A stretch of 32,122 nt of DNA from a virus (IMGVR_UViG_3300038379_000713:1-32122); one strand, 5' to 3'. Shown: positions 17,628-25,935, numbered from the stretch's first letter. Numbers and translations: made by a program. The notes: generated by a model from the letters alone, not told the origin.

Positions 17628-17964
17628 CGCCGGTCCGCTCCTGGCCGCCGTCGTCGCCCTGGCCGCGCCGGCGGCCGTGGCCGACGGCGACGAGATCGCC
17701 GCCATTCTGGAAGATCGCCAGGCCATGGTGCGGCTGATGGACCGATTCTGCCGGGCCGCCGAGGACTACCGCGACTGCGCCTTGGAAGCCGTGCACGCAT
17801 CGCTGGCCTTCGACGAGGAAGTCGAGCGCCTGTTCGCCGCGCCGATGGCCGGCCCGGTCTACGCGCGGCGCGTCCTCGACACCTTGTCTTGCGCCGAAGC
17901 GGCGGGCGTTCCCCGCACGCTCGACTTGCCGCTGATGGCGCGATGCCTGGGCACGATTCCCTGA
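17620..17964 (+). CDS. Putative exported protein, 114 aa
   Basis: Signal-peptide-like N-terminus (MRSAGPLLAAVVALAAPAAVA-D), 4 Cys. Confidence 0.6.
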   Translation: MRSAGPLLAAVVALAAPAAVADGDEIAAILEDRQAMVRLMDRFCRAAEDYRDCALEAVHASLAFDEEVERLFAAPMAGPVYARRVLDTLSCAEAAGVPRTLDLPLMARCLGTIP

Positions 17965-17976
17965 TGCCCAGGCGGC

Positions 17977-18017
17977 GCCGCCGCCCGGTGTCGCCTCCGC
18001 CGGGCGGCGGCTTTTTT
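17977..18017 (+). terminator. Intrinsic terminator
   Basis: 12-bp stem GCCGCCGCCCGG/CCGGGCGGCGGC followed by T6. Confidence 0.8.
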
Positions 18018-18031
18018 CCACAGGAGATCTC

Positions 18032-18427
18032 ATGACGCCAGATTCGTCTCCGCCGACCGCCGCGCTCCGGCGCTGGCTCGCGCGCCTGCGCGATCCCGCC
18101 AGCCGGCAGGCGTTCAACAGCCTGTACAGCGGCGACGCCGCCTGCCCGCTGGGTCACGGCGCGCGGGCGTGCGCGGATCTGCTGGGGCTGGTCGTGACAG
18201 ACCGCGGCGCCGTCGATCGCGACGATCCCGCCATCGTCCTGTTGACCTCGCAGATCATCAATCGCTTCGTCGCCATCGGCTTCGACCGGTTCACCTTGCT
18301 GCGCATCCTGCGGCTGAACGACGACCAGCGCCTGTCGCTGGCGCAGACGGCCGACTGGCTCGAACGTCAATGCCGTAAACAGGAGCGGCGGCGATCCGTC
18401 TCCGCCCGGCGCGAGACCGCGCCATGA
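18032..18427 (+). CDS. Phage hypothetical protein, tandem paralog A
   Basis: AGGAG RBS; LRRWL..LRDP.SRQAF..LY...AAC.LG.G...RLNDD..L.L...ADWLE shared with the next ORF. Confidence 0.75.
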   Translation: MTPDSSPPTAALRRWLARLRDPASRQAFNSLYSGDAACPLGHGARACADLLGLVVTDRGAVDRDDPAIVLLTSQIINRFVAIGFDRFTLLRILRLNDDQRLSLAQTADWLERQCRKQERRRSVSARRETAP

Positions 18428-18777
18428 GCGCCCGGTCCCGAATCCTCCGCCGCTGGCTCGGCCAGCTGCGCGATCCGCACAGCCGGCAAGCCTTTCACAG
18501 GCTGTATGACGCCGAGGCGGCCTGCGCCCTCGGCCAGGGCATGTTGGCGTGCCTCGATCTCCTGGGGCTCATCGTGACGGAACGCGGCGTTCTCGACCGG
18601 CGGACGCCGCGGCGGCCGCTGTCGCTGGCGCAGATCGTCGACCGCTTCGTCGCCGCCGGCTTCGACCGCGCGACCGTGGCCGCCGTCATCCGCCTCAACG
18701 ACGACCGGCGCCTGCCGCTGCCGCGCATCGCCGATTGGCTCGAACAGGAAATCCGCAAACAGGAGACCCCCCGATGA
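18424..18777 (+). CDS. Phage hypothetical protein, tandem paralog B
   Basis: ATGA overlap; clear paralog of 18032..18427. Confidence 0.75.
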   Translation: MSARSRILRRWLGQLRDPHSRQAFHRLYDAEAACALGQGMLACLDLLGLIVTERGVLDRRTPRRPLSLAQIVDRFVAAGFDRATVAAVIRLNDDRRLPLPRIADWLEQEIRKQETPR

Positions 18778-18989
18778 TCGTCAGTTTCGGCAAGAGCTTT
18801 GCGTATGCCTTCGTCCGTTCGGCCGCCGGCGTCGCCGCCGTGGCCGCCGCGCCCTACGTGCTCCGGGCGTTGCGGCGGACGCCCGTCCTGTACAACCGCG
18901 CCTGCGTCGTCGTCGCCGACCGCGCCGTCGCCTGGGGCCGCCGCGTCGGCTGCGCCGCCGAAGCCCGCTTGCACGACCGAGGAGAATGA
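18774..18989 (+). CDS. Hypothetical protein, 71 aa
   Basis: AGGAG RBS, ATGA overlap. Confidence 0.55.
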   Translation: MIVSFGKSFAYAFVRSAAGVAAVAAAPYVLRALRRTPVLYNRACVVVADRAVAWGRRVGCAAEARLHDRGE

Positions 18990-18991
18990 CC

Positions 18992-19291
18992 ATGAGCGAA
19001 TTGAGCCTGGCGCTCGCCTGCGCCTTGTCGCTGACGGGCTTGCCGCCGCCGGACGCCCTGCCGGCCTGGGACGCCCGCGCGCTGACGCGCGCCGAATGGG
19101 CCTTGACCAACCGGCCGCACGGCGCCCGCGCCATGTACGACTGGCGGACGCGCACCATCGTGGCCCCGCCCGGCGATTGGCCGGCGCTGGTGCACGAGAT
19201 GGTGCATCACCTGGAGTGCGCCGGCGGCTACCGCTTCAGCGAGCGGCGCGCCGAAGCGGCGGAGATCCGGGCTTACGCCTGCGTCCGCTGA
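18992..19291 (+). CDS. Small HExxH zinc-metallopeptidase-like protein
   Basis: 'ALVHEMVHHLE' plus distal 'ERRAE'; GAGGAG RBS; hydrophobic N-terminus. Confidence 0.7.
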   Translation: MSELSLALACALSLTGLPPPDALPAWDARALTRAEWALTNRPHGARAMYDWRTRTIVAPPGDWPALVHEMVHHLECAGGYRFSERRAEAAEIRAYACVR

Positions 19292-19334
19292 CGCCGGCGT
19301 TGCCGTAACCGTTTTTTGCAGCAAGGAGTGAACC

Positions 19335-20402
19335 ATGAAACAGCAAATGACCGTTCAAGCCCTGGCGGCGGAGGTGCAGCGCCAGAAACACGCCAAGCGC
19401 GATTTCATCGCCACCACCAACAGCCTGACGTTGGTCCAGCCGGGCCCGGCCGGCGGCTGGCGCCTGGAGCTCGACGACGGCGCCGGCGCCATCGAGGCGT
19501 TCGAGCCGACGGGGCACGCGCACCGGCAGATCGGCGACCGCCTACAGATTCCCGTCAAGTATTACGAGCGGATGAAGGCCGACAACCCGCAGCTGCTCGC
19601 CGCCAACGTCAACAGCTGGTTTCGCAACACGCCGGAGCGCCGCATGGTCCGCACGCTCGACGGCCGGGCGCGGGCCTTCTTGTCCGACCGCTACCGCCGC
19701 ATCGACCACTACGATCTCATGGACGCGGTCCTGCCGGTGCTGGCGGAGGCGCCGGACATGCGCATCGAGAGCGCGGCGCTGACGGACACGCATATGTATG
19801 TGAAGGCCTTGTTCCCGACGTTGGAGGGCGAAGTCAGCAAGGGCGACGTCGTGCAATTCGGCGTGTGCATCTCCAATTCGGAGATCGGCGCCGGCGCGGT
19901 CGACATCGCGCCGCTGGTCATGCGCCTGGTCTGCAACAACGGCATGATCCTGCCGGACGCGCGGGTCCGCAAGAACCACGTCGGCCGCGCCATCGGCGGC
20001 GGCGAGGCCTACGAGCTGTTCAGCGACGAGGCGCTGGAGGCCGATGACCGGGCGCTCTTGCTGAAAGTGCGCGACCTCGTGCGCGCGACGACGACCGAGG
20101 ACGGCACGCGGCGGCTGCTGTCGCGCTTGCAGGACGCCGCCGGCGAGCGTTTCGGCGTGTCGCCGGGGGCCCTGGTCGAGGAGCTGTCCAACCAGAACAG
20201 CCTCAGCAAGAGCGAAAGCGATTCGATCATGCTCATGTTGATTGAGGGTCACGATCTCAGCCGGTGGGGCCTGGCGAACGCGGTCACGGCGACGGCCCGC
20301 GTGGTCGAGAGCTATGACCGCGCCACGGCGTTGGAGCGGCTCGGCGGCGCGATCATGGATCGGTGCGCGTTCGACGAGCGGGCGCTCGACAAGGCGGCGT
20401 GA
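19335..20402 (+). CDS. DUF932/DUF945-family protein
   Basis: 'RAFLSDRYRRID', 'ISNSEIG', 'RLVCNNGM', 'WGLANAVT' motifs; AAGGAG RBS. Confidence 0.85.
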   Translation: MKQQMTVQALAAEVQRQKHAKRDFIATTNSLTLVQPGPAGGWRLELDDGAGAIEAFEPTGHAHRQIGDRLQIPVKYYERMKADNPQLLAANVNSWFRNTPERRMVRTLDGRARAFLSDRYRRIDHYDLMDAVLPVLAEAPDMRIESAALTDTHMYVKALFPTLEGEVSKGDVVQFGVCISNSEIGAGAVDIAPLVMRLVCNNGMILPDARVRKNHVGRAIGGGEAYELFSDEALEADDRALLLKVRDLVRATTTEDGTRRLLSRLQDAAGERFGVSPGALVEELSNQNSLSKSESDSIMLMLIEGHDLSRWGLANAVTATARVVESYDRATALERLGGAIMDRCAFDERALDKAA

Positions 20403-20407
20403 CGGCC

Positions 20408-20590
20408 ATGCCCGGCTATCGCGCCGCGCCGTGTCCCTGCAGTCGTCATGACTGCCCGGACTGGCATCTGGAACCCGTCGCGACGACGCACGGCGTCCGC
20501 TTCACGCAGCGGCAGGCCGAGCTCGTCGCGGCTTTTCTCAACGCCTTGCCGGACGACATCGCCGGCGACGACAACGGAGGACGATCATGA
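20408..20590 (+). CDS. Small Cys/His protein, triplicate copy 1
   Basis: YRA.PCPC....C..WH..PVA...GVRFT..QAELVAAFLN. Confidence 0.75.
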   Translation: MPGYRAAPCPCSRHDCPDWHLEPVATTHGVRFTQRQAELVAAFLNALPDDIAGDDNGGRS

Positions 20591-20784
20591 CGCTGCCCCG
20601 GCCTATGTATCGCGCGGTGCCCTGTCCGTGCGGCGACGACGACTGCAAGATGTGGCACGTTCAGCCGGTCGCCGCGACTCAGGGCGTTCGCTTCACGCGA
20701 AAGCAGGCGCACCTCGTGGCGGCGTTTCTCAACAAGTTGCCAACCGACATAACGGCCGACGATGACGCGGGGGCGTCGGCATGA
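20587..20784 (+). CDS. Small Cys/His protein, triplicate copy 2
   Basis: Same motif; GGAGG RBS; ATGA overlap. Confidence 0.78.
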   Translation: MTLPRPMYRAVPCPCGDDDCKMWHVQPVAATQGVRFTRKQAHLVAAFLNKLPTDITADDDAGASA

Positions 20785-21041
20785 GCCGTCCTCTCGACGC
20801 CTATCGCGCGGTGCCCTGTCCGTGCGGACACCGCGCTTGCCGATATTGGCATGTCGCGCCGGTGGCGATGATGGCCGGGGTCTGTTTTACGCGCAAGCAG
20901 GCCGAGCTGGTGGCGGCGCTGTTGAACGCGGCCGCCCGTGGCAGAAGGAGCTTCATGAGACACCATCGGCGACAGAGCGATGACGTGAAGCGAAACACCA
21001 GCCTTGCGCGCAAAGCGCTTCTTGCGAGGAACAGGCCATGA
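20781..21041 (+). CDS. Small Cys/His protein, triplicate copy 3
   Basis: Same motif with a basic C-terminal extension; ATGA overlap. Confidence 0.75.
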   Translation: MSRPLDAYRAVPCPCGHRACRYWHVAPVAMMAGVCFTRKQAELVAALLNAAARGRRSFMRHHRRQSDDVKRNTSLARKALLARNRP

Positions 21042-21274
21042 CGCATTCCGGAGGCAAGCCACACACCAACATCGGCGATCGAGGCCAACGATACGAGATT
21101 CGCGCGACCGGCTATCCGAAACCGGACAAATCGGTAATCGGCTGGGCCACGACGCTGGCCGGTGCCGATGACCTCGCGGCAAGCGTTCGCCGCGCGGCCG
21201 GTTGCGCAAGCGTTGAAATCTTCGACCGACACGACAACAGGGTCGTGAAGACCTTCAAGGCGGAGCGGCCGTGA
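21038..21274 (+). CDS. Hypothetical protein, 78 aa
   Basis: GAGG RBS, ATGA overlap. Confidence 0.6.
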   Translation: MTHSGGKPHTNIGDRGQRYEIRATGYPKPDKSVIGWATTLAGADDLAASVRRAAGCASVEIFDRHDNRVVKTFKAERP

Positions 21275-21355
21275 CGCCCGCCGCCGACGTCGTTTTTCGC
21301 CTGCCATCGCGACCGGCCGGCGATGCCGTGGTGAACGACTGACGCGGAGACGGAC

Positions 21356-21688
21356 ATGAGACGCCATCAACGACACAGCGACGAGGCCAAGCGAAAGATC
21401 GGCGACGCCATCCGCAAGGCCCTGGCGAATCCGGAGGCGCGCGCCCGCATGAGCGCCTCCGCCAAGCGCCAGTGGGCCGATCCGGAGACGCGCGCCCGCA
21501 TCAGAGCGGCCATGCGAAAGGCCTGGTCCGATCCAGCCGTGCGGGCCCGGCTGCGGCCGCAGGGCCTGCCGCCGTTGCCGCCGATGACGCCGGCGCAACG
21601 CCGGCTGTACAAGAAGCTCAGCGCCGTTCTCGGGCGCGACGCCGCGCTGGCGGACGTGTTCCGCGCCGACATCGCCCTGCCCGATTGA
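21356..21688 (+). CDS. Basic repeat protein with NUMOD3-like start (putative DNA binding)
   Basis: 'HSDEAKRKIG' then three 16-aa repeats [LW][AS][ND]P[EA].RAR. Confidence 0.6.
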   Translation: MRRHQRHSDEAKRKIGDAIRKALANPEARARMSASAKRQWADPETRARIRAAMRKAWSDPAVRARLRPQGLPPLPPMTPAQRRLYKKLSAVLGRDAALADVFRADIALPD

Positions 21689-21709
21689 CCATCCTGAAAG
21701 GAGCCTGCC

Positions 21710-23581
21710 ATGGAGTTCATCGGCCTGTCCAAGCTGCGCGTGGCCGCCAGCAACACCCGCAAGACCAACGTCGGCGACGGCGTGAAGGAGCTGGCGGCGT
21801 CAATTCTCGCCCACGGCCTGCTGCACAACCTCGTCGTCGTGCAGAACGGCGTTTATTACGACGTGATCGACGGCCAGCGCCGGCTGCTGGCGTTGCGCAG
21901 CCTCAAGCTCGACGGCGCGACGCCGATTCCCTGCGAGGTCCGGAAGGCCCCGGCCGCCGTTGCCGAGGAGCTGTCGCTGGCCGCCAACGTCGAGCGCGAG
22001 CCCCTGCATCCCATGGACGAATACGAGGCGTTTGCGCGGCTGGCGGCGGCCGGGCAGAGCGTGGCCGACATCGCCGCCCGGTTCGGCGTGGAAACGCGGA
22101 CGGTCGAGCGCCGCATGAAGTTGGGCGAGCTGTGCCCGATGGCGCGCGAGGCCTATCGCGCCGGCGCGCTTGACGCCGTGGCCATCAAGGCGCTGACCCT
22201 GGTCAAGAATCACAAGCAGCAGGAGAAGATTCTGCGCGCCTGCGGCTCCCGCAAGCAGGGGTATGCGGGCTGGCGCATTTCCCGGCTGGCCAAGGAGGAC
22301 AAGATCCGGACCGGCACGCAGTTGTTCGACATCGCCGACTACGAGGCCGCCGGCGGCACCGTGTCGGTCGATCTGTTTTCCGATGACGGCGACGAACTCA
22401 GCTATTTCGACGACGCGGTGCTGTACGACAAGCTTCAGCGCGAGGCCGTCGAGCGCCGCCTGGCCGCGTTCCGGGAGGCCGGCTGGGGCGAGGCCGTGTT
22501 TCACGAGCGCTTTTCGGAGTTCACCCCGGAAGCGCGCCAGTATCCGCCGGTGCACGGCCGCCTCGGCGTCAAGGCCAGGGCGAATGCCTGCATGATGCTG
22601 TATTTCGACGGGGCCGGCAATCTGATCGAGCGGCCGTGCCAGACGCCGGCGCAGGCCGCGGCCGCCGCCAAGGCCGCCAAGGCCGCCAAGGCGGCGGCGA
22701 AGGCGGCGGGCGCCGAGGCCGACGACGCGGACGGCGCGGCCGAGGCCGACGACGCCGGGTCGTCCTATCCGCGCGCCCTCGTCGCCGATCTGGCCCGGCA
22801 GAAAAGCCAGCTGTTGCAACAGCATGTCATCGGCAGCGTGGCCTGGTCGCTGCGCCTGCTGCTGTTCAAGCTGGTGGCGGCCGACGCGCCGGAGGTGGAG
22901 TACGCGCCGCATTGGTCTGTCGCTTCTGCCGGTCCGGATCCCGCGATGCGGTACAGCGCCGGCCTGTGGGACGAGATGCTGACCGTGGCGAAGTGGCTGA
23001 ACTGCCCGCTGGCGCCGGATGCCGTCATTAACGACGAGGAGACGCGCCGGCGCGTCCATCGCTGGCTGTTCTGGCGCACGGGCAGCGGGCAGGCGGCGGC
23101 CGACGCCCGGAAATGGGAGGGCATCGTCGCCATGGGCGACGAGCGGCTGCAGCGCAGCCTGGCGCTCTTGGGCGTGTTGTCCGTTGGCGTCAGCCCGACG
23201 CTGAGCGAGGGCCTGGCCGCCAATGGGGCGGCCGTGGCGCTGAACCTGCAGATCGAGAAGGTTTGGACGCCGAAGGCCGAGTTTTTCGCGCGCCTGTCCA
23301 AGAAGCAAATCGTCGCCATCGCCGACGAGATCGGCGCCAGGAACCACGGCCTCGCCGGGAAGAAGAAAGAGGCGGCCGTGGCGACGATGACGCGAATCTT
23401 CAGGGAGCCGCACGAGTGGGCGCCGACCAACGAGGACTTCCTGCGCAACGTCCGCACCTGGTTGCCGCCGGGCATGGGCTACAACACGCGGGTGGAGCGC
23501 CGGGATGCCGACGACATCGACGTGTTCGACGACGCCGACGACGACGGCGCGGAAATCGAGGGGTCCGGCGCCGATTCCTGA
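21710..23581 (+). CDS. ParB/RepB/Spo0J-family protein, long plasmid/ICE type
   Basis: 'ELAASILAHGLLHNLVV...VIDGQRRLLAL', 'ANVEREPLHPMDEYEAF', HTH 'VADIAARFGV', 'YEAAGG....DLF', C-terminal 'WLPPGM'; 623 aa. Confidence 0.9.
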   Translation: MEFIGLSKLRVAASNTRKTNVGDGVKELAASILAHGLLHNLVVVQNGVYYDVIDGQRRLLALRSLKLDGATPIPCEVRKAPAAVAEELSLAANVEREPLHPMDEYEAFARLAAAGQSVADIAARFGVETRTVERRMKLGELCPMAREAYRAGALDAVAIKALTLVKNHKQQEKILRACGSRKQGYAGWRISRLAKEDKIRTGTQLFDIADYEAAGGTVSVDLFSDDGDELSYFDDAVLYDKLQREAVERRLAAFREAGWGEAVFHERFSEFTPEARQYPPVHGRLGVKARANACMMLYFDGAGNLIERPCQTPAQAAAAAKAAKAAKAAAKAAGAEADDADGAAEADDAGSSYPRALVADLARQKSQLLQQHVIGSVAWSLRLLLFKLVAADAPEVEYAPHWSVASAGPDPAMRYSAGLWDEMLTVAKWLNCPLAPDAVINDEETRRRVHRWLFWRTGSGQAAADARKWEGIVAMGDERLQRSLALLGVLSVGVSPTLSEGLAANGAAVALNLQIEKVWTPKAEFFARLSKKQIVAIADEIGARNHGLAGKKKEAAVATMTRIFREPHEWAPTNEDFLRNVRTWLPPGMGYNTRVERRDADDIDVFDDADDDGAEIEGSGADS

Positions 23582-23682
23582 CGCCCGGCGGGGTCGGGCC
23601 CGTCGCCCGGCAGCGGCGAGCCCGTCGCTCGGCCGCTGGGTCCGGCGCCGCTCGCGGCCGCTGTCCGGTTGCAGTTTTTATC

Positions 23683-23711
23683 TTTACAAGGCTGCAAATT
23701 TGCAGCATGAG
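23683..23711 (+). promoter_or_regulatory. Operator palindrome within a putative promoter of the cro-like gene
   Basis: Perfect palindrome CTGCAAATTTGCAG at 23692-23705; TTTACA at 23683; ATG at 23718 has no clear RBS (possibly leaderless). Confidence 0.65.
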
Positions 23712-23717
23712 AGATTC

Positions 23718-23906
23718 ATGCTGTCGTATCTGGAGCAACTGAGGGATTACGCCGCGGCCAAGCGGGTCAAGCTGCTGGACGCGGTCATCGACGCCGGCCT
23801 GCCGGATTCGACGTATTACCGCTGGAACGCGGGCACGGCGGAGCCGCGCCGGGAAAAGGCCGAGGCCGTCAAGCGCGCCATCGACCGGCTGGCGCAGACG
23901 ACATGA
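23718..23906 (+). CDS. Cro-like small HTH regulator
   Basis: 62 aa; 'AGLPDSTYYRWNAGTAEPR' HTH pattern; heads the replication operon. Confidence 0.75.
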   Translation: MLSYLEQLRDYAAAKRVKLLDAVIDAGLPDSTYYRWNAGTAEPRREKAEAVKRAIDRLAQTT

Positions 23907-24160
23907 CCGAGCAGGATGCGTTCAACGCACTGATCGCCAGCCTGCGCCGCCGCCGCCAGCACCTGGGATTGACCCAGGAAGCCCTGGAGATGGCGCTCGG
24001 CTGGACCAAGGGCCACATCTGCAAATTCGAGAACGGCATCCGCCGCCCCACCGGCTGGAACCTGTCGATTTGGGTCGTTGCCCTGGGCGGTCAATTGCAA
24101 GCCGAGTTTCCTCCACCTGCGGGAGCGTCTGTGTATGACTGTCCAACAAACGACCCGTGA
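23903..24160 (+). CDS. XRE-family HTH protein
   Basis: 'LRRRRQHLGLTQEALEMALG...ICKFENGIRRPT'. Confidence 0.85.
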   Translation: MTEQDAFNALIASLRRRRQHLGLTQEALEMALGWTKGHICKFENGIRRPTGWNLSIWVVALGGQLQAEFPPPAGASVYDCPTNDP

Positions 24161-24461
24161 CGCCTACGCCGTCGCGAATCTCACCCTGCGGCAGCGGCAA
24201 GTCTATGCCGCCTTTGCCGTGCACGGCTCGCTGACTGACCTTGAGACGCAGGCGGCGACCGGACTGCCCATCAACATCGTGACCAGCACCAGGAACCGCT
24301 TGCGCGAGCTCGGGCTCGTGGCCGATTCCGGCGAACGCAAGCGGGGGCCGCATGGCCTGCGCAACATCGTCTGGCGCCTGGAGCGCCGGGACGACATCAG
24401 GGCCGGGCAGGATCTGCGGCAAACCGAGCTGGCCGAGTCTCGCCAGCTCTCGTTGCTGTGA
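24135..24461 (+). CDS. Winged-helix DNA-binding protein
   Basis: 'LTDLE...TGLPINIVTSTRNRLRELGLVADSGERK'. Confidence 0.7.
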   Translation: MTVQQTTRDAYAVANLTLRQRQVYAAFAVHGSLTDLETQAATGLPINIVTSTRNRLRELGLVADSGERKRGPHGLRNIVWRLERRDDIRAGQDLRQTELAESRQLSLL

Positions 24462-24835
24462 GCGCCGGCAAGCGGCGCTGGAGCCGCCGGCGCCCGAAGT
24501 TCAACGCCGCGTCCACGGTGGTGGACGGCATCCGCTTCGATTCCCGGCGCGAGGCCATGCGCTGGCTCGATTTGAAGCTCCTGGAGCGCGCCAACCAGCT
24601 GCAGGGGCTGACGCGCCAGGTGCGTTTGCCGATTGAGATCGGCGGCCAGCCGGTCCGCATCCGCAGCGCCGGCTATCCCAACGGCCGCCGCGTCGTGTAC
24701 GTCGCCGATTTCCAGTATTTCGTCGGCGCCGAGCGCGTGATCGAGGACGTCAAGGGCATGGACACGCCGGTGTCGCGCCTGAAGCGCGCGCTGGTCGAGG
24801 CGATCTATAACGTCACCATCCGCGTCGTGAAGTGA
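24458..24835 (+). CDS. DUF1064-family putative endonuclease
   Basis: 'KFNA..TVVDGIRFDSRREA', 'YVADFQY', 'IEDVKG'. Confidence 0.88.
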   Translation: MSAGKRRWSRRRPKFNAASTVVDGIRFDSRREAMRWLDLKLLERANQLQGLTRQVRLPIEIGGQPVRIRSAGYPNGRRVVYVADFQYFVGAERVIEDVKGMDTPVSRLKRALVEAIYNVTIRVVK

Positions 24836-24842
24836 GGAAACC

Positions 24843-25565
24843 ATGAGCCGCTTTGGCATCGTGCCGGCGTCGGTCTTCGACGACGAGCGCATGGACGCCG
24901 GCCTGATCGCCGTTCTCCTGCTGCTGTCCACCTACGCCGACCGTCACGGCTGGTGCTGGCCGAAGCAGGAGACGCTGGCCCGGCAGCTCCGGCTCAGCCG
25001 CACCACCACCAACGGCTACGTGAAGCGCCTGGTCGAGCTCGGCTACGTGGAAAGCCGGCGGGAAAGGAACGGCTGTTGCTACCGGCTGCTCTACGATAGA
25101 TGTCGGCCAGACCGACATCAGATGTCGGCGGGGCCGACATCAGATGTCGATGGCGCCGACATCACATATAAGGATGAACAACCCAAGGAACATACCATTG
25201 AACAGAAAACGAAGGGCGCACGCCTGTCGCCCGACTTCGCGCCGGCGGCAGACGATCTCGCCTGGGCCGGCCGGGAGTACCCCGCCGTGAACCTGGAGCG
25301 CGAGACCGAGAAATTCAAAAACCACTGGCTCGACAAGCCCGGTGCCGCCGGGGTCAAGCTGGCCTGGAACCGCGCCTGGCGGAACTGGATCATCAACGCC
25401 GAGAAGGATTACGCGCATGGCCGCCATCACGCTGCCGGCGGCGCGGGACAGCGCCGACGTGTCGCCGAGACCGACGAGGAGCGACGCGCTAAAATTGATT
25501 CTGCGCTCCGCGGACTTGGCGACACACCGATTTTTGGCCGATCTGAAACGGACAGATTCGGATGA
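24843..25565 (+). CDS. Phage replication initiator (N-terminal wHTH)
   Basis: 'YADRHGWCWPKQETLARQL.LSRTT', C-terminal 'KFKNHW...W..AWRNWI'. Confidence 0.8.
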   Translation: MSRFGIVPASVFDDERMDAGLIAVLLLLSTYADRHGWCWPKQETLARQLRLSRTTTNGYVKRLVELGYVESRRERNGCCYRLLYDRCRPDRHQMSAGPTSDVDGADITYKDEQPKEHTIEQKTKGARLSPDFAPAADDLAWAGREYPAVNLERETEKFKNHWLDKPGAAGVKLAWNRAWRNWIINAEKDYAHGRHHAAGGAGQRRRVAETDEERRAKIDSALRGLGDTPIFGRSETDRFG

Positions 25566-25935
25566 GGCGATCGAGGCGGCCATCGCCGAAGTGCAGCGCG
25601 AGCTCATGCCCGCCGGCAACGGCGAGGCCGCCCGCATGGTCGAGATGGTGGCCGTCGCGCTTCAGGTGGCGACGCCCAACGAGCTCGGGATGCAGGTGTA
25701 CATGCGGATCCTGGGCGAACTGCCCGCCGATCTGCTGCACGAAGCGACCAAGCGGGTGCTGGAGCGGCACACGATTTCCAAGCTTCCGACGCCTGGCGAA
25801 TGGCGCCAGGCCGTCGCCGATGAGTTATCGAATCGACGGGCGGACGTGAACCGCCTGCGACACTACAAGGGGAAAGTCCAGCTGGCTGAGAAGTATTACC
25901 GACCGAGGCATACGGCATCCGGTAATACAAAATGA
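25417..25935 (+). CDS. Putative helicase loader/replication accessory protein
   Basis: Follows the initiator; 'Y..ILGELPADLL.EA...LPTPGE'; AAGGA RBS; overlaps the initiator 3' end. Confidence 0.6.
   Translation: MAAITLPAARDSADVSPRPTRSDALKLILRSADLATHRFLADLKRTDSDEAIEAAIAEVQRELMPAGNGEAARMVEMVAVALQVATPNELGMQVYMRILGELPADLLHEATKRVLERHTISKLPTPGEWRQAVADELSNRRADVNRLRHYKGKVQLAEKYYRPRHTASGNTK

Noticed and set aside
20408-21041. Repeated DNA as a DGR template/variable repeat pair
   Set aside because: Differences are not adenine-specific, each copy is a full ORF, and there is no reverse transcriptase in the window.
22661-22702. GCCGCCAAG short tandem repeat in ParB
   Set aside because: In-frame AAK low-complexity linker; a 9-bp unit cannot cause phase variation.
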